Below are positions 19,125 through 27,934 of a stretch of DNA of 34,814 nt, in pieces. Each line of letters starts with the position of its first letter. Position 1 is the first letter of the stretch. The DNA lies in assembly GCA_035645455.1 (NCBI GenBank), contig DASQMQ010000339.1:1-34814 (forward strand), written 5' to 3'. The notes below the pieces were generated by a model. The model had not been told where the DNA came from and did not search any database. It was given only the letters and a program-made list of their open reading frames with translations. Source of the DNA: Pseudonocardia sp. (GTDB lineage: Bacteria; Actinomycetota; Actinomycetes; Mycobacteriales; Pseudonocardiaceae). The position numbers and the translations under genes are program-made.

Positions 19125-19150
19125 GCGGCCGGTACCGCGGGTGGTGTGAC

Positions 19151-19178
19151 CCCCGTCGGGGCGGGCACCCCGGCGGGG
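19151..19178 (+). terminator. GC-rich hairpin after the acyl-CoA dehydrogenase
   Basis: CCCCGTCGGGG-cgggca-CCCCGGCGGGG; no U-tract. Confidence 0.4.
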
Positions 19179-19335
19179 CTCCGCGCGTTGTCCGGACGAC
19201 GGTTGTGATCGCAGTGTGCTCGCCCCGGCGGCGCCGGGGTGGTGTGCTGTGCTCCCGGTCCGCCCACCCGATCCGAGGATCCGGTCCGCGGACCCCATCG
19301 AGGACCCCATCGAGGACGACGACAAGGAGGCCCCC

Positions 19336-19863
19336 GTGAGCACCCCCTTCGGCGGGCCCGCGCGCACCGCGCCCGGCCTGCCCAACCTGCCCACCCCGCC
19401 CACCGGGTGGCCGGTCGGCTCCTACGCCACCTACGCCGAGGCCCAGCGCGCCGTCGACCACCTGGCCGACTCGGACTTCCCGGTCCGCGACGTGACCATC
19501 GTCGGGGTCGACCTGATGCTGGTCGAGCGGGTCATCGGCCGGCTCAGCTGGGGCCGGGTGCTGCTGTCCGGCGCGGCCTCGGGCGCCTGGTTCGGCCTGT
19601 TCGTCGGTCTGCTGCTGGGGCTGTTCAGCCCGACCGGCACCGGCTTCGGCCCGATCCTGGTCGGCCTGGCCAGCGGTGTGGTGTTCGGGCTGGTGTTCGC
19701 CGCGGTCGGCTACGGCGCCACCCGTGGGCGGCGCGACTTCACCTCGGCGAGCCAGATGGTGGCCGGCCGCTACGACGTGCTCTGCCAGCCGCGCAACGCC
19801 GAGAAGGCGCGCGAACTGCTGGCCAAGCTGGCGATGGGCAGCGGCAACAGCCCCTCCTCCTGA
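19336..19863 (+). CDS. General stress protein 17M-like (YflT domain) membrane protein (Rv1234-like)
   Basis: GWPVGSYATYAEAQRAVDHLADSDFPV, ERVIGRL, two TM helices, RRDFTS; AAGGAGG SD before GTG 19336. Confidence 0.88.
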   Translation: MSTPFGGPARTAPGLPNLPTPPTGWPVGSYATYAEAQRAVDHLADSDFPVRDVTIVGVDLMLVERVIGRLSWGRVLLSGAASGAWFGLFVGLLLGLFSPTGTGFGPILVGLASGVVFGLVFAAVGYGATRGRRDFTSASQMVAGRYDVLCQPRNAEKARELLAKLAMGSGNSPSS

Positions 19864-19918
19864 TCCGTCGACCTGATCGCCGACCTGATCCGCTGACCTG
19901 ATCCGCTGACCTGATCCG
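19859..19918 (+). repeat. 5 copies of an approximately 13-bp GACCTGATCCGCT-like unit starting at a stop codon
   Basis: CCTGATC at 19859, 19872, 19884, 19897 and 19910. Confidence 0.85.
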
Positions 19919-20179
19919 TCCGCCCCGCGCCGTCCCGTGGGGCGTTCCGGCGTGCGCGGACCCGGGACGGGGCCGCCGGAGAACCGTCGCCGAGCCGTGT
20001 CCGCAGTGGGTTGCCGTGTGTGCTGAGTCACTCCATGATTCCGTGGAGCGCGCCCGAGCGCGCCAGTCGGACGATCATCGTTCTGCCGAGCGGCCGGACG
20101 TCGCGTGCTGTACGACTGAGCGACCGCGGGCAGGTGCGACCACGGTCACCCGGCTCGCCGGACCAGGAGGAGGCAGGAC

Positions 20180-21478
20180 ATGGGCCACCAGCGTCGGCGC
20201 CGCGTGTCGGGCGTCGGGATGATCGTCGCGGCGGTGATGGTCGTCGCCGGATGCGGGTCGGGGGAGGAGGGCCCACCGAACCTCGTCTGGTACATCAACC
20301 CCGACTCCGGCGGGCAGGAGGAGATCGCCGCCCGGTGCACCGAGGCGGCCGCCGGCCGGTACAGCATCAGCACCTCCACGCTTCCCCGGGAGTCCTCCGA
20401 GCAGCGCCAGCAGCTCGTCCGGCGGCTCGCCGCGAACGACTCCTCGATCGACCTGATGAGCCTGGACCCGCCCTACATCCCCGAGTTCGCGCAGGCCGGC
20501 TTCCTCGCCCCGGTGCCCCCGGACGTGGCCGAACGGTCCACCGACGACGTGGTGCAGAGCGCGGTCGAGGGGGCGACCTGGAACGACCAGCTGGTCACCG
20601 TCCCGTTCTGGGCCAACACCCAGCTCCTCTGGTACAAGAAGTCGGTCGCCGAGGCGGCCGGGCTGGACATGAGCCGGCCGGTCACCTGGGACCAGCTGGT
20701 GGAGGCGGCGCAGAGCCAGAACACCCAGATCGCCGCGCAGGGCCGGCGCGCCGAGTCGCTCGTGGTGTGGCTGAACGCCCTGATCGAGTCGGCCGGCGGC
20801 GCGGTGATCAGCGAGACCGCGGACCGGCCCGAGGACGTCCAGTTCGGACTGGACTCCCCGGAGTCGGAGCGGGCCACCGAGGTCATGGCCCTGGTCGCCG
20901 ACAGCGGCGTGGTGGGCCCGGCCTTCACCACCGCGGGCGAGGACGAGGGCGCCTCCTCCTTCGAGGCGGGCGACGCCGGGTTCATGGTCAACTGGCCGTT
21001 CGTCTGGCCCCGCGCGCAGAGCGGCGTCGAGGGCGGAACCCTGGACCAGGCGGTCCTCGACGACTACGGCTGGGCCCTCTACCCGCAGGTCGACCCGGAC
21101 CAGCCGAGCGCGCCGCCCTACGGCGGGATCAACATCGGCGTGGGGGCCTACAGCGCGCACCCGGACCTGGCCTACCAGGCCATCGAGTGCATCACCTCGG
21201 TGGAGAACCAGGCCTACTACTTCGTGTCCAACGGCAACCCGGCGGCCAGCCTCGCGGTGTACGAGGACCCCGAGGTCATCGCCGCGTTCCCGATGGCACC
21301 GGTCATCGCGCAGTCCCTGCAGCAGGCGGCTCCGCGTCCGCAGACCGCGTACTACAGCGAGGTCTCCGGGAGCATCCAGCGCATCTACCACCCGCCGACC
21401 GCGGTCGTGCCCGGCACGACCGGGCCGGCGGCAGCCGAACTCATCCGCGCCGTCCTGTCCGGGGAGGAACTGCTGTGA
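20180..21478 (+). CDS. lpqY: Sugar (probably trehalose) ABC transporter substrate-binding lipoprotein, LpqY-like
   Basis: Lipobox VVAGC, QRQQLVRRLAAND.SIDLM, NTQLLWY, FMVNWPFV, YGGINIGV; Rv1235 synteny. Confidence 0.8.
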   Translation: MGHQRRRRVSGVGMIVAAVMVVAGCGSGEEGPPNLVWYINPDSGGQEEIAARCTEAAAGRYSISTSTLPRESSEQRQQLVRRLAANDSSIDLMSLDPPYIPEFAQAGFLAPVPPDVAERSTDDVVQSAVEGATWNDQLVTVPFWANTQLLWYKKSVAEAAGLDMSRPVTWDQLVEAAQSQNTQIAAQGRRAESLVVWLNALIESAGGAVISETADRPEDVQFGLDSPESERATEVMALVADSGVVGPAFTTAGEDEGASSFEAGDAGFMVNWPFVWPRAQSGVEGGTLDQAVLDDYGWALYPQVDPDQPSAPPYGGINIGVGAYSAHPDLAYQAIECITSVENQAYYFVSNGNPAASLAVYEDPEVIAAFPMAPVIAQSLQQAAPRPQTAYYSEVSGSIQRIYHPPTAVVPGTTGPAAAELIRAVLSGEELL

Positions 21479-22443
21479 CCACGACCGTGCCCCCGCAAGT
21501 CGGGCAGGGGACCGAGGGCGCCGCTCCGGCGCCGACCGGACGGGGGAGTGACCGGGTCCGCGCCGAGCGGCGGTTGGGCTGGCTGCTGGCCGGCCCGGCG
21601 TTCGCGGTGATGCTGCTGGTCACCGCCTACCCGATCGCCCAGGCCATCTACGACTCGCTGTTCTCCTACCGACTCACCGACCCCGGCAACAGCTCGTTCG
21701 TCGGGCTGGAGAACTACTGGGTCGTGCTCACCGACGCGCTGTGGTGGCAGGCCTTCGGGGTCACCGTGCTGATCACCGTCGTCACGGTCGCCGTGGAGCT
21801 GGTGCTCGGCTTCGCCCTCGCGCTGGTGATGCTCAAGGCGCTGCAGGCGCTGCGGCCGGTCCTGCGGGCCGCGATCCTGCTGCCCTACGCGATCATCACC
21901 GTGGTCTCCGCGTTCGCCTGGCAGTTCGCCTTCGACCTGACCTCGGGCTTCGTCAACACCTGGTTCGCCTGGCTGCCGGGGGTGTCGGCGGACACCGACT
22001 GGTTCGGCGGCACCGGCACCTCGCTGCTGGTGATCTGCCTTGCCGAGATCTGGAAGACCACGCCGTTCATCTCGCTGCTGCTGCTCGCCGGGCTCGCCCA
22101 GGTGCCCGACGTGCTGCAGGAGGCCGCCCAGGTCGACGGCGCCACCTGGTGGCAGCGGATGTGGAAGGTGACCATCCCGAACATGAAGGCCGCGATCATG
22201 GTGGCCCTGCTGTTCCGCACGCTGGACGCGTTCCGCGTGTTCGACAGCGTGTTCATCATGACCGCCGGCGCCAACGGCACCGAGACGGTGTCGTTCCTGG
22301 CCTACCGGCAGACCATCGCCCGGCTGGAGATCGGGCTCGGCTCGGCGGTCTCGGTGCTGCTGTTCCTGTCGGTCGTGATCATCGCGTTCGGGTTCATCCG
22401 GGGTTTCAAGGTCGACCTGTCGCAGGCGAGGGGGGACAAGTAG
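21475..22443 (+). CDS. sugA: Sugar ABC transporter permease
   Basis: TM helices, WKTTPF, EAAQVDGA EAA loop; GTGA overlap with lpqY. Confidence 0.85.
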   Translation: MTTTVPPQVGQGTEGAAPAPTGRGSDRVRAERRLGWLLAGPAFAVMLLVTAYPIAQAIYDSLFSYRLTDPGNSSFVGLENYWVVLTDALWWQAFGVTVLITVVTVAVELVLGFALALVMLKALQALRPVLRAAILLPYAIITVVSAFAWQFAFDLTSGFVNTWFAWLPGVSADTDWFGGTGTSLLVICLAEIWKTTPFISLLLLAGLAQVPDVLQEAAQVDGATWWQRMWKVTIPNMKAAIMVALLFRTLDAFRVFDSVFIMTAGANGTETVSFLAYRQTIARLEIGLGSAVSVLLFLSVVIIAFGFIRGFKVDLSQARGDK

Positions 22444-23277
22444 ATGTCTACGCGCGAACGCAACTGGTGGATCGTCGCGGGCATCGCGATCGTCATCTAC
22501 GCGCTCTTCCCGATCGTGTGGATCGTCTCGCTGTCGTTCAAGGCGGCCGCCGACATCTCCAACGGCCAGTTCCTGCCCACCGTGCCCACCTGGGAGAACT
22601 ACGCGCTCATCCTCACCGGGGACGCCAGCGAGCTGTTCCTGCCGGCGCTGCTCAACTCCTTCGGCATCTGCCTGATCGCCACCGGCCTGTCCTGCCTGCT
22701 GGCGATGTTCGCCGCCTACGCCATCGCCCGACTGGACTTCCGCGGCAAGCGGCTCATCCTGTCCACCGCGCTGGCCGTGGCGATCTTCCCGGTGATCTCG
22801 ATCGTGACGCCGCTGTTCAACCTGTGGCGCCAGATCGGCCTCTACGACACCTGGCCCGGTCTGATCATCCCCTACCTGTCGCTCACGCTGCCCATCTCGA
22901 TCTGGACGATGTCGGCGTTCTTCCGGGAGATCCCCTGGGAGATGGAGCAGGCCGCCCAGGTCGACGGGGCCACCACCTGGCAGGCGTTCACCAAGGTGAT
23001 CGTGCCGCTGGCCGCGCCGGGGGTGTTCACCACCGCGATCATCGCCTTCTTCCTGGCCTGGAACGACTTCGTCTACGGGATCTCGCTGACCTCCACGAGC
23101 GCAGCGCGGCCGGTGCCGGCCGCACTGGGTCTGTTCTCCGGTGCGTCGCAGTTCGAGGACCCCACCGGAGCCATCGCGGCCGCCGCGGTGGTCGTCACCA
23201 TCCCGGTGATCGTGCTCGTGCTGTTCTTCCAGCGGCGCATCGTCGCCGGCCTGACCAACGGCGCCGTCAAGGGCTGA
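22444..23277 (+). CDS. sugB: Sugar ABC transporter permease
   Basis: AAYAIARLDF, EQAAQVDGA, WNDF, FQRRIVAGLT.GAVKG. Confidence 0.85.
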   Translation: MSTRERNWWIVAGIAIVIYALFPIVWIVSLSFKAAADISNGQFLPTVPTWENYALILTGDASELFLPALLNSFGICLIATGLSCLLAMFAAYAIARLDFRGKRLILSTALAVAIFPVISIVTPLFNLWRQIGLYDTWPGLIIPYLSLTLPISIWTMSAFFREIPWEMEQAAQVDGATTWQAFTKVIVPLAAPGVFTTAIIAFFLAWNDFVYGISLTSTSAARPVPAALGLFSGASQFEDPTGAIAAAAVVVTIPVIVLVLFFQRRIVAGLTNGAVKG

Positions 23278-23321
23278 CGCCCACCGCCGCACCCCATCGA
23301 GCCGCAACGAGGAGAGCACCG

Positions 23322-24668
23322 ATGGCTCCGATGGAGATGACCAACATCGTCAAGAAGTACGGCGACGGGTTCCCCGCCGTGAACGACGTCAGCCTGAACA
23401 TCGCCGACGGGGAGTTCATGATCCTCGTCGGGCCGTCCGGCTGCGGGAAGTCGACCCTGCTCCGCATGATCGTCGGGCTGGAGGACATCTCCAGCGGCGA
23501 CATGCTGATCGGCGGCAAGCGGGTCAACGACAAGGCCCCCCGCGACCGCAACCTGTCGATGGTGTTCCAGAACTACGCGCTGTACCCGCACCTGTCGGTC
23601 TACGAGAACATCGCGTTCCCGCTGCGGCTGTCCAAGATGGCCGACGACGAGATCGAGCGCCGGGTCAACGAGGCCGCCTCGGTCCTGGAGCTGCACGAGC
23701 ACCTGCAGCGCAAGCCGGCCAACCTGTCCGGCGGCCAGCGCCAGCGGGTGGCGATGGGCCGCGCGATCGTGCGCCAGGCCGAGGCGTTCCTGTTCGACGA
23801 GCCGCTGTCGAACCTCGACGCCAAGCTGCGCGGGCAGATGCGCACCGAGATCTCCCGGCTGCAGCGCCGGCTGGGCATCACCACGGTCTACGTCACCCAC
23901 GACCAGACCGAGGCGATGACCCTGGGCGACCGGGTGTGCGTCCTGCGCAAGGGGATCATCCAGCAGGTCGCCTCGCCGCGGGAGCTCTACGAGCAGCCGG
24001 TCAACCTGTTCGTGGCCGGGTTCATCGGGTCGCCGCCGATGAACTTCCTGCCGGCCCAGGTCGAGGGCAACCGGCTGGACACCCCGTTCGGGGTGATCGA
24101 GCTCGACGAGCGCCAGGCCGCGGCCGTCGGCGGCCGGGACCTGGTGATGGTCGGCATCCGGCCGGAGTACTTCGAGGACGCCGCGTTCGTCGAGGACTCC
24201 AAGCGCCACCACGGCACCGTCTTCACCGCCCGCGTGGACGTCAAGGAGTGGCTGGGCGACTCGCAGTACGCCTACATCCCCTACGAGGCGCCGGAATCGA
24301 TCCGGACCAAGCTGGCCGAGCTGTCCCGCGAGCTCGACTCCGAGGAGCTGCGCACCCAGGCGATCGTGTCCATCGACGCGAGCAGCCGGTTGCGCGAGGG
24401 CCGCGACGCCGAGTTCTGGCTGGACACCCGCAAGATCCACGTGTTCGACCCGGAGTCCGGCGACAACCTCACCCGCGACGAGCAGGCCGGAGCCGAGCTG
24501 ACCCGGCTGGCCGAGCAGGACCGGATCGAGCAGACCGAGGACGCCCGCAACGAAGTGGCGGGCCGGGACAGGGCGGGCCGGGACGGGGCGGCCGGGGACG
24601 GGGCCGCCGGCAACGGGTCCGGCGGCGCGCACCGGGCCGACGGCGGTGAACGCACGGGCGTGGCCTGA
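23322..24668 (+). CDS. sugC: Sugar ABC transporter ATPase (MalK/SugC) with low-complexity C-terminal tail
   Basis: GPSGCGKS, VFQNYALYPH, LSGGQRQR, DEPLSNLD, YVTHDQ, FIGSPPMN; GAGGAGAG SD. Confidence 0.9.
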   Translation: MAPMEMTNIVKKYGDGFPAVNDVSLNIADGEFMILVGPSGCGKSTLLRMIVGLEDISSGDMLIGGKRVNDKAPRDRNLSMVFQNYALYPHLSVYENIAFPLRLSKMADDEIERRVNEAASVLELHEHLQRKPANLSGGQRQRVAMGRAIVRQAEAFLFDEPLSNLDAKLRGQMRTEISRLQRRLGITTVYVTHDQTEAMTLGDRVCVLRKGIIQQVASPRELYEQPVNLFVAGFIGSPPMNFLPAQVEGNRLDTPFGVIELDERQAAAVGGRDLVMVGIRPEYFEDAAFVEDSKRHHGTVFTARVDVKEWLGDSQYAYIPYEAPESIRTKLAELSRELDSEELRTQAIVSIDASSRLREGRDAEFWLDTRKIHVFDPESGDNLTRDEQAGAELTRLAEQDRIEQTEDARNEVAGRDRAGRDGAAGDGAAGNGSGGAHRADGGERTGVA

Positions 24669-24771
24669 GCACGACCGGTGCGGCGGCGGCCACCGGGCGC
24701 CGCCGCACCGGGCCATCCCGGTGCGCGCGGCCGGGTGCGCCGGGCCGCCGGGCATGCGCCAGTATCGCCGC

Positions 24772-25602
24772 GTGGACCCGTCGAAGTCGAACAACGCCCA
24801 GCCGGACGGCCGGATCAGCCAGGCGAACGTGCCCTCCTCGTTCGACGAGCACGCCGCCAGCTACGACCGGCTGGTCGGGGCCAACCCCGGCTACCACGAG
24901 CACCTGCGGCTCTCCGCCCGCCGGATGGGACTGCCGCACCGCGGCGCCGGCCTGCACCTGCTCGACCTGGGCTGCGGCACCGGGGCGTCCACCGCGGCGC
25001 TGCTGGACGTCGCCCCGGACGCCCGGATCACCGCGGTCGACGCCTCGGCGGAGATGCTGGCCCAGGCGATGCGCAAGACCTGGCCGCCGACCGTGCGGTT
25101 CGTCCGGGCCGACGCCCAGGACCTGGCCGCGGCCGGGGTGACCGGGCCGTTCGACGGGATCCTGGCCGCCTACCTGGTGCGCAACCTGCCTGACCGGGAT
25201 GCCGCGCTGCGGGACTTCCACGGGCTGCTGAAGCCCGGCGCCCCGCTGGCCCTGCACGAGTACTCGGTGCGCGACTCGGTGCGCAGCCGGGCGGTGTGGA
25301 CCGCGGTGTGCTGGAGCGTGATCATCCCGATGGGGCGGCTGCGCACCGGGTCCGGCGACCTCTACCGCTACCTCTGGCGCAGCGTGCTGGAGTTCGACGG
25401 GCTCGCGGCGCTGGTCCAGCGGCTGGAGCGGGCCGGGTTCGCCGACGTCCGGACCCAGACGGTGCCCGGCTGGCAGCAGAACATCGTGCACACCGTGCTC
25501 GGCCGCAAGCCCGGCGGCCCGCCGGAGTTCGACCCCGCGGTCGCCCAGGCGCCGACCCCGCCGGAGGGCGTCGACGTCGTCGACATGACGAAGCCGGAGT
25601 AG
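24772..25602 (+). CDS. Class I SAM methyltransferase, Streptomyces CrtT-like
   Basis: FD..A.SYDRLV.ANPGYH.HLR.SARR, LDLGCGTGAST, VDASAEML, LALHEYSV, LYRYLWRSV; start at 24754 or 24772. Confidence 0.8.
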   Translation: MDPSKSNNAQPDGRISQANVPSSFDEHAASYDRLVGANPGYHEHLRLSARRMGLPHRGAGLHLLDLGCGTGASTAALLDVAPDARITAVDASAEMLAQAMRKTWPPTVRFVRADAQDLAAAGVTGPFDGILAAYLVRNLPDRDAALRDFHGLLKPGAPLALHEYSVRDSVRSRAVWTAVCWSVIIPMGRLRTGSGDLYRYLWRSVLEFDGLAALVQRLERAGFADVRTQTVPGWQQNIVHTVLGRKPGGPPEFDPAVAQAPTPPEGVDVVDMTKPE

Positions 25603-25621
25603 CGCCCGGCCGTCCGGCGGC

Positions 25622-25737
25622 GCGTCACCGCCCCGCAGGTGCCGAAAGTCGATCGCTGCAGCCAGCCGCCCGCGGTCGTCGACGAGCAGGTTGCCGACCG
25701 TGATGTCGCGGTGGAACCCCACCGGCCGGCCGGGCCC
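25622..25737 (-). pseudogene. Decayed aminoglycoside-phosphotransferase-family (APH-like kinase) fragment
   Basis: Reads PVGFHRDITVGNLLVDDRGRLAAAIDF; after a +1 and a -1 indel it continues GTCG-GD. Resembles the HGD..GNLL...IDFG..GVGDP core; no start and no N-lobe. Confidence 0.7.
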
Positions 25738-25797
25738 CGGCGCCCGACCGGATCGTCGCGGGGGGCGGAATCCGCTCGACCCGCTCCGGCCCGCCGG

Positions 25798-26015
25798 TAG
25801 GGTGGCCGCGTGCACCGCCGCTTCCCGATCACCCCGCCGCCCCGCTGACCGCGGGGCGTCCCTGCCCGCGCGCCCGCCGTGTCCCGGCCGGCGCGCGCCG
25901 TGGTGTCCCGGGCCGTCCGGCCCGGTGATCGGTTGACGGCGGGCCGTCCGGGCCCGCTCCGGTCCACGCCCCGCTTCCGCGACCCCACCCCTGCTCGTCG
26001 CTGGAGCGAACTCCC
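25798..26015 (+). promoter_or_regulatory. Putative uORF-controlled attenuator leader of the EamA gene
   Basis: Stems 25838-45/25851-58, 25825-33/25924-32, GCCGTC/GACGGC alternatives, and SD hairpin GGAG-cgaa-CTCC at 26003-26014. Confidence 0.55.
25810..25848 (+). CDS. Putative leaderless leader peptide MHRRFPITPPPR
   Basis: TAGGGT (25798-25803) lies 6 nt before GTG; CCG CCG CCC CGC TGA; stop codon lies in a hairpin loop. Confidence 0.6.
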   Translation: MHRRFPITPPPR

Positions 26016-26876
26016 ATGGTCCTGCTCGTCCTCGCCGGTGTCCTGTGGGGCACCGGTGGCCTGTTCGGCAGCCTGCTGGCTGCCCGGACCGGTCTGTCCC
26101 CGCTCGCCGTGGCCGGCTACCGCCTGGCCGTCGGCGGCACCCTGCTGCTGGCCCTCCCGCTGCTGTCCGGTCGCGGGTTGCCCCGCGGGCGGGCGGCGTG
26201 GCGCCGGATCGCCGCGATCGGCGCGCTCGCCGCGGTGTTCCAGGCCTGCTACTTCACCGCGGTCGCGCTGACCACGGTCAGCCTGGCCACCCTGATCACC
26301 ATCGGCAGCGCGCCGGTGATCGTCCTGCTCGCCGACCGGGCCCGCGGCGCGGCGATGGCCGGGCCGGTCGCCCTGGCCGTGCTGGGGGTCGGCCTGCTGG
26401 TCGGCCTGCCCGGTGCCGGGCTCGACCCGGCGGCCGCGCTCGCCGGATCGGCGGTCGCGGTGCTCTCCGGCGCCGGCTTCGCTGCGATGACCCTGCTCGG
26501 TGCCCGCCCGGTGCCCGGACTGGACGCCACCGCGACGACCGGCCCGGCGTTCGTGCTCGGCGGTTCGGCGCTGCTGGTCCCCGCCGCGCTGACCGGGCCG
26601 GGGATCGCCTTCGCCCCGGAGCCGGTGGCCCTCGGGCTGCTGGCCGCGTTCGCCGTGGTGCCCACCGCCGCGGCCTACGCGGCCTACTTCCGTGGCCTGG
26701 CCACCAGCACCCCGGCCGCGGGCGCGGTGGCGGCCCTGCTGGAGCCGCTCACCGCGGCCGTGCTGGCCGCGCTGGTGCTCGGCGACCGGCTGGGCCCCGG
26801 TGGGACGGTCGGCGCCGTGCTGATCGGTGCGGCGGTGCTGCTGGCCGGGCGTCAGGAACGCGCGCGCAGCGCGTAG
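26016..26876 (+). CDS. EamA/DMT family transporter
   Basis: About 10 TM helices, AGVLWGTGG, FQACYF.AV, PTAAAY..YF.GL, LLEPLTA. Confidence 0.88.
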   Translation: MVLLVLAGVLWGTGGLFGSLLAARTGLSPLAVAGYRLAVGGTLLLALPLLSGRGLPRGRAAWRRIAAIGALAAVFQACYFTAVALTTVSLATLITIGSAPVIVLLADRARGAAMAGPVALAVLGVGLLVGLPGAGLDPAAALAGSAVAVLSGAGFAAMTLLGARPVPGLDATATTGPAFVLGGSALLVPAALTGPGIAFAPEPVALGLLAAFAVVPTAAAYAAYFRGLATSTPAAGAVAALLEPLTAAVLAALVLGDRLGPGGTVGAVLIGAAVLLAGRQERARSA

Positions 26877-27850
26877 CGCCGCTCGGCGTAGGCGATGTCG
26901 TCGCGCCAGAGCCGGCCCGCGGCCACCCGCATCAGCGGGCGGACCAGCGGGCCGGCTCCACGCACCCGGCCGAAGCCGGGGCGGTCGGAGTGCGCGATCA
27001 CGGCCTCGATGACCGCGGTGCGCGGCCGCCCGTCCGGGCCGGGCTCCAGCGGCGTGGCGTGCGTCTCGACCACGCTCCCGGTGCCCTCGCCGTCGACGAT
27101 CTGCATGGTGATGGTGCGCTCGTCGGGGCAGCTGAACTCGGCGATCACCGGCACTCCCCAGCGCGACCCGAGGGTGAAGCTCACCTCGACCAGGAACCGG
27201 TCCTCGGCCGGGGAGCAGTCCGCCGCCGGCGCGCTGATCACCCGCAGCGCGGCGAACGAGTACGGGTGGAACCAGGCGCCGTGCCACGGGTCGAGCCGGT
27301 TGGCCAGCACGTCCTCGGGTTCGCAGCGGCCGATCACGGTGGCCACCGCGTCCAGCCCGGGTGCCGCCGGGCGCGGCCCCATCACCGGCGCCGGCGCCGG
27401 CGCGCCGCCGGCCAGGTCGTCGAGCCGGACCCAGGCCAGCACGCCGTCGTCGTGCGCGGGCAGGGTGCGCCACCCCGGCCGCCCGGCCGGGCCCAGCGCG
27501 AGCCCGTGCCAACGGCACACCAGCTGCCCCTCGTGCACCGGGGCGTCGCACAGCGCCGCCCCGAGGTGCGGGCAGGCGCCGGGGCCGACCGCCAGCCGGC
27601 CGTCGGTGTCGCGCCAGGCCACCAGCTCGCGCCCGGCCACCACCCGGCCGAAGGCCCGGCCTGCCCGCACCTCCCGGCTGGCGGCCAGCACGAACCAGCC
27701 GCCGGCCGAGCGGGCCTGCGCCCGGCCCAGCGCGGCCCGGATCAGGCCGGGCTTGGCGTCGGCCCAGGTCGGCTCCTGCTCGGCCCAGGCCGGCCGGTGC
27801 AGCCGGCGCAGCGGGTTGACCGGTCGACGTGCCGAGCGGGTCTCGTTCAC
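26852..27850 (-). CDS. Rieske-type DUF5914 protein, Streptomyces CrtV-like
   Basis: GACPHLGA...CRWHG Rieske ligands, ANRLDPWHGAWFHPYSF, GSVVETHATP, RLWRDD..YAERRY; TAGCCT lies 7 nt before GTG 27850. Confidence 0.82.
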   Translation of the reverse strand: MNETRSARRPVNPLRRLHRPAWAEQEPTWADAKPGLIRAALGRAQARSAGGWFVLAASREVRAGRAFGRVVAGRELVAWRDTDGRLAVGPGACPHLGAALCDAPVHEGQLVCRWHGLALGPAGRPGWRTLPAHDDGVLAWVRLDDLAGGAPAPAPVMGPRPAAPGLDAVATVIGRCEPEDVLANRLDPWHGAWFHPYSFAALRVISAPAADCSPAEDRFLVEVSFTLGSRWGVPVIAEFSCPDERTITMQIVDGEGTGSVVETHATPLEPGPDGRPRTAVIEAVIAHSDRPGFGRVRGAGPLVRPLMRVAAGRLWRDDIAYAERRYALRARS

Positions 27851-27898
27851 GCTGGACAGGCTAGAACCGCCGGCGGCGACCGGCGACCGCACCCCGGG

Positions 27899-27934
27899 CC
27901 GGGTCGCGCCGGGTCGCGCCGGGTCGCCGGGTCA
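27899..27934. repeat. 4x CCGGGTC(GCG) tandem repeat anchored at the corA stop
   Basis: Copies at 27899, 27909, 27919 and 27927. Confidence 0.75.

Noticed and set aside
19290-19317. GGACCCCATCGA duplication before the YflT-like gene
   Set aside because: Two copies only; most simply a slippage duplication with no other regulatory support.
19859-19918. Repeat array as a possible CRISPR
   Set aside because: Units are 12-13 bp and contiguous, with no unique spacers and no cas genes.
25622-25737. Functional aminoglycoside resistance gene
   Set aside because: Only about 38 codons with indels; APH-like folds are not specific to resistance.
24772-27850. Complete carotenoid biosynthetic cluster
   Set aside because: No phytoene synthase, desaturase, cyclase or GGPP synthase in the window.
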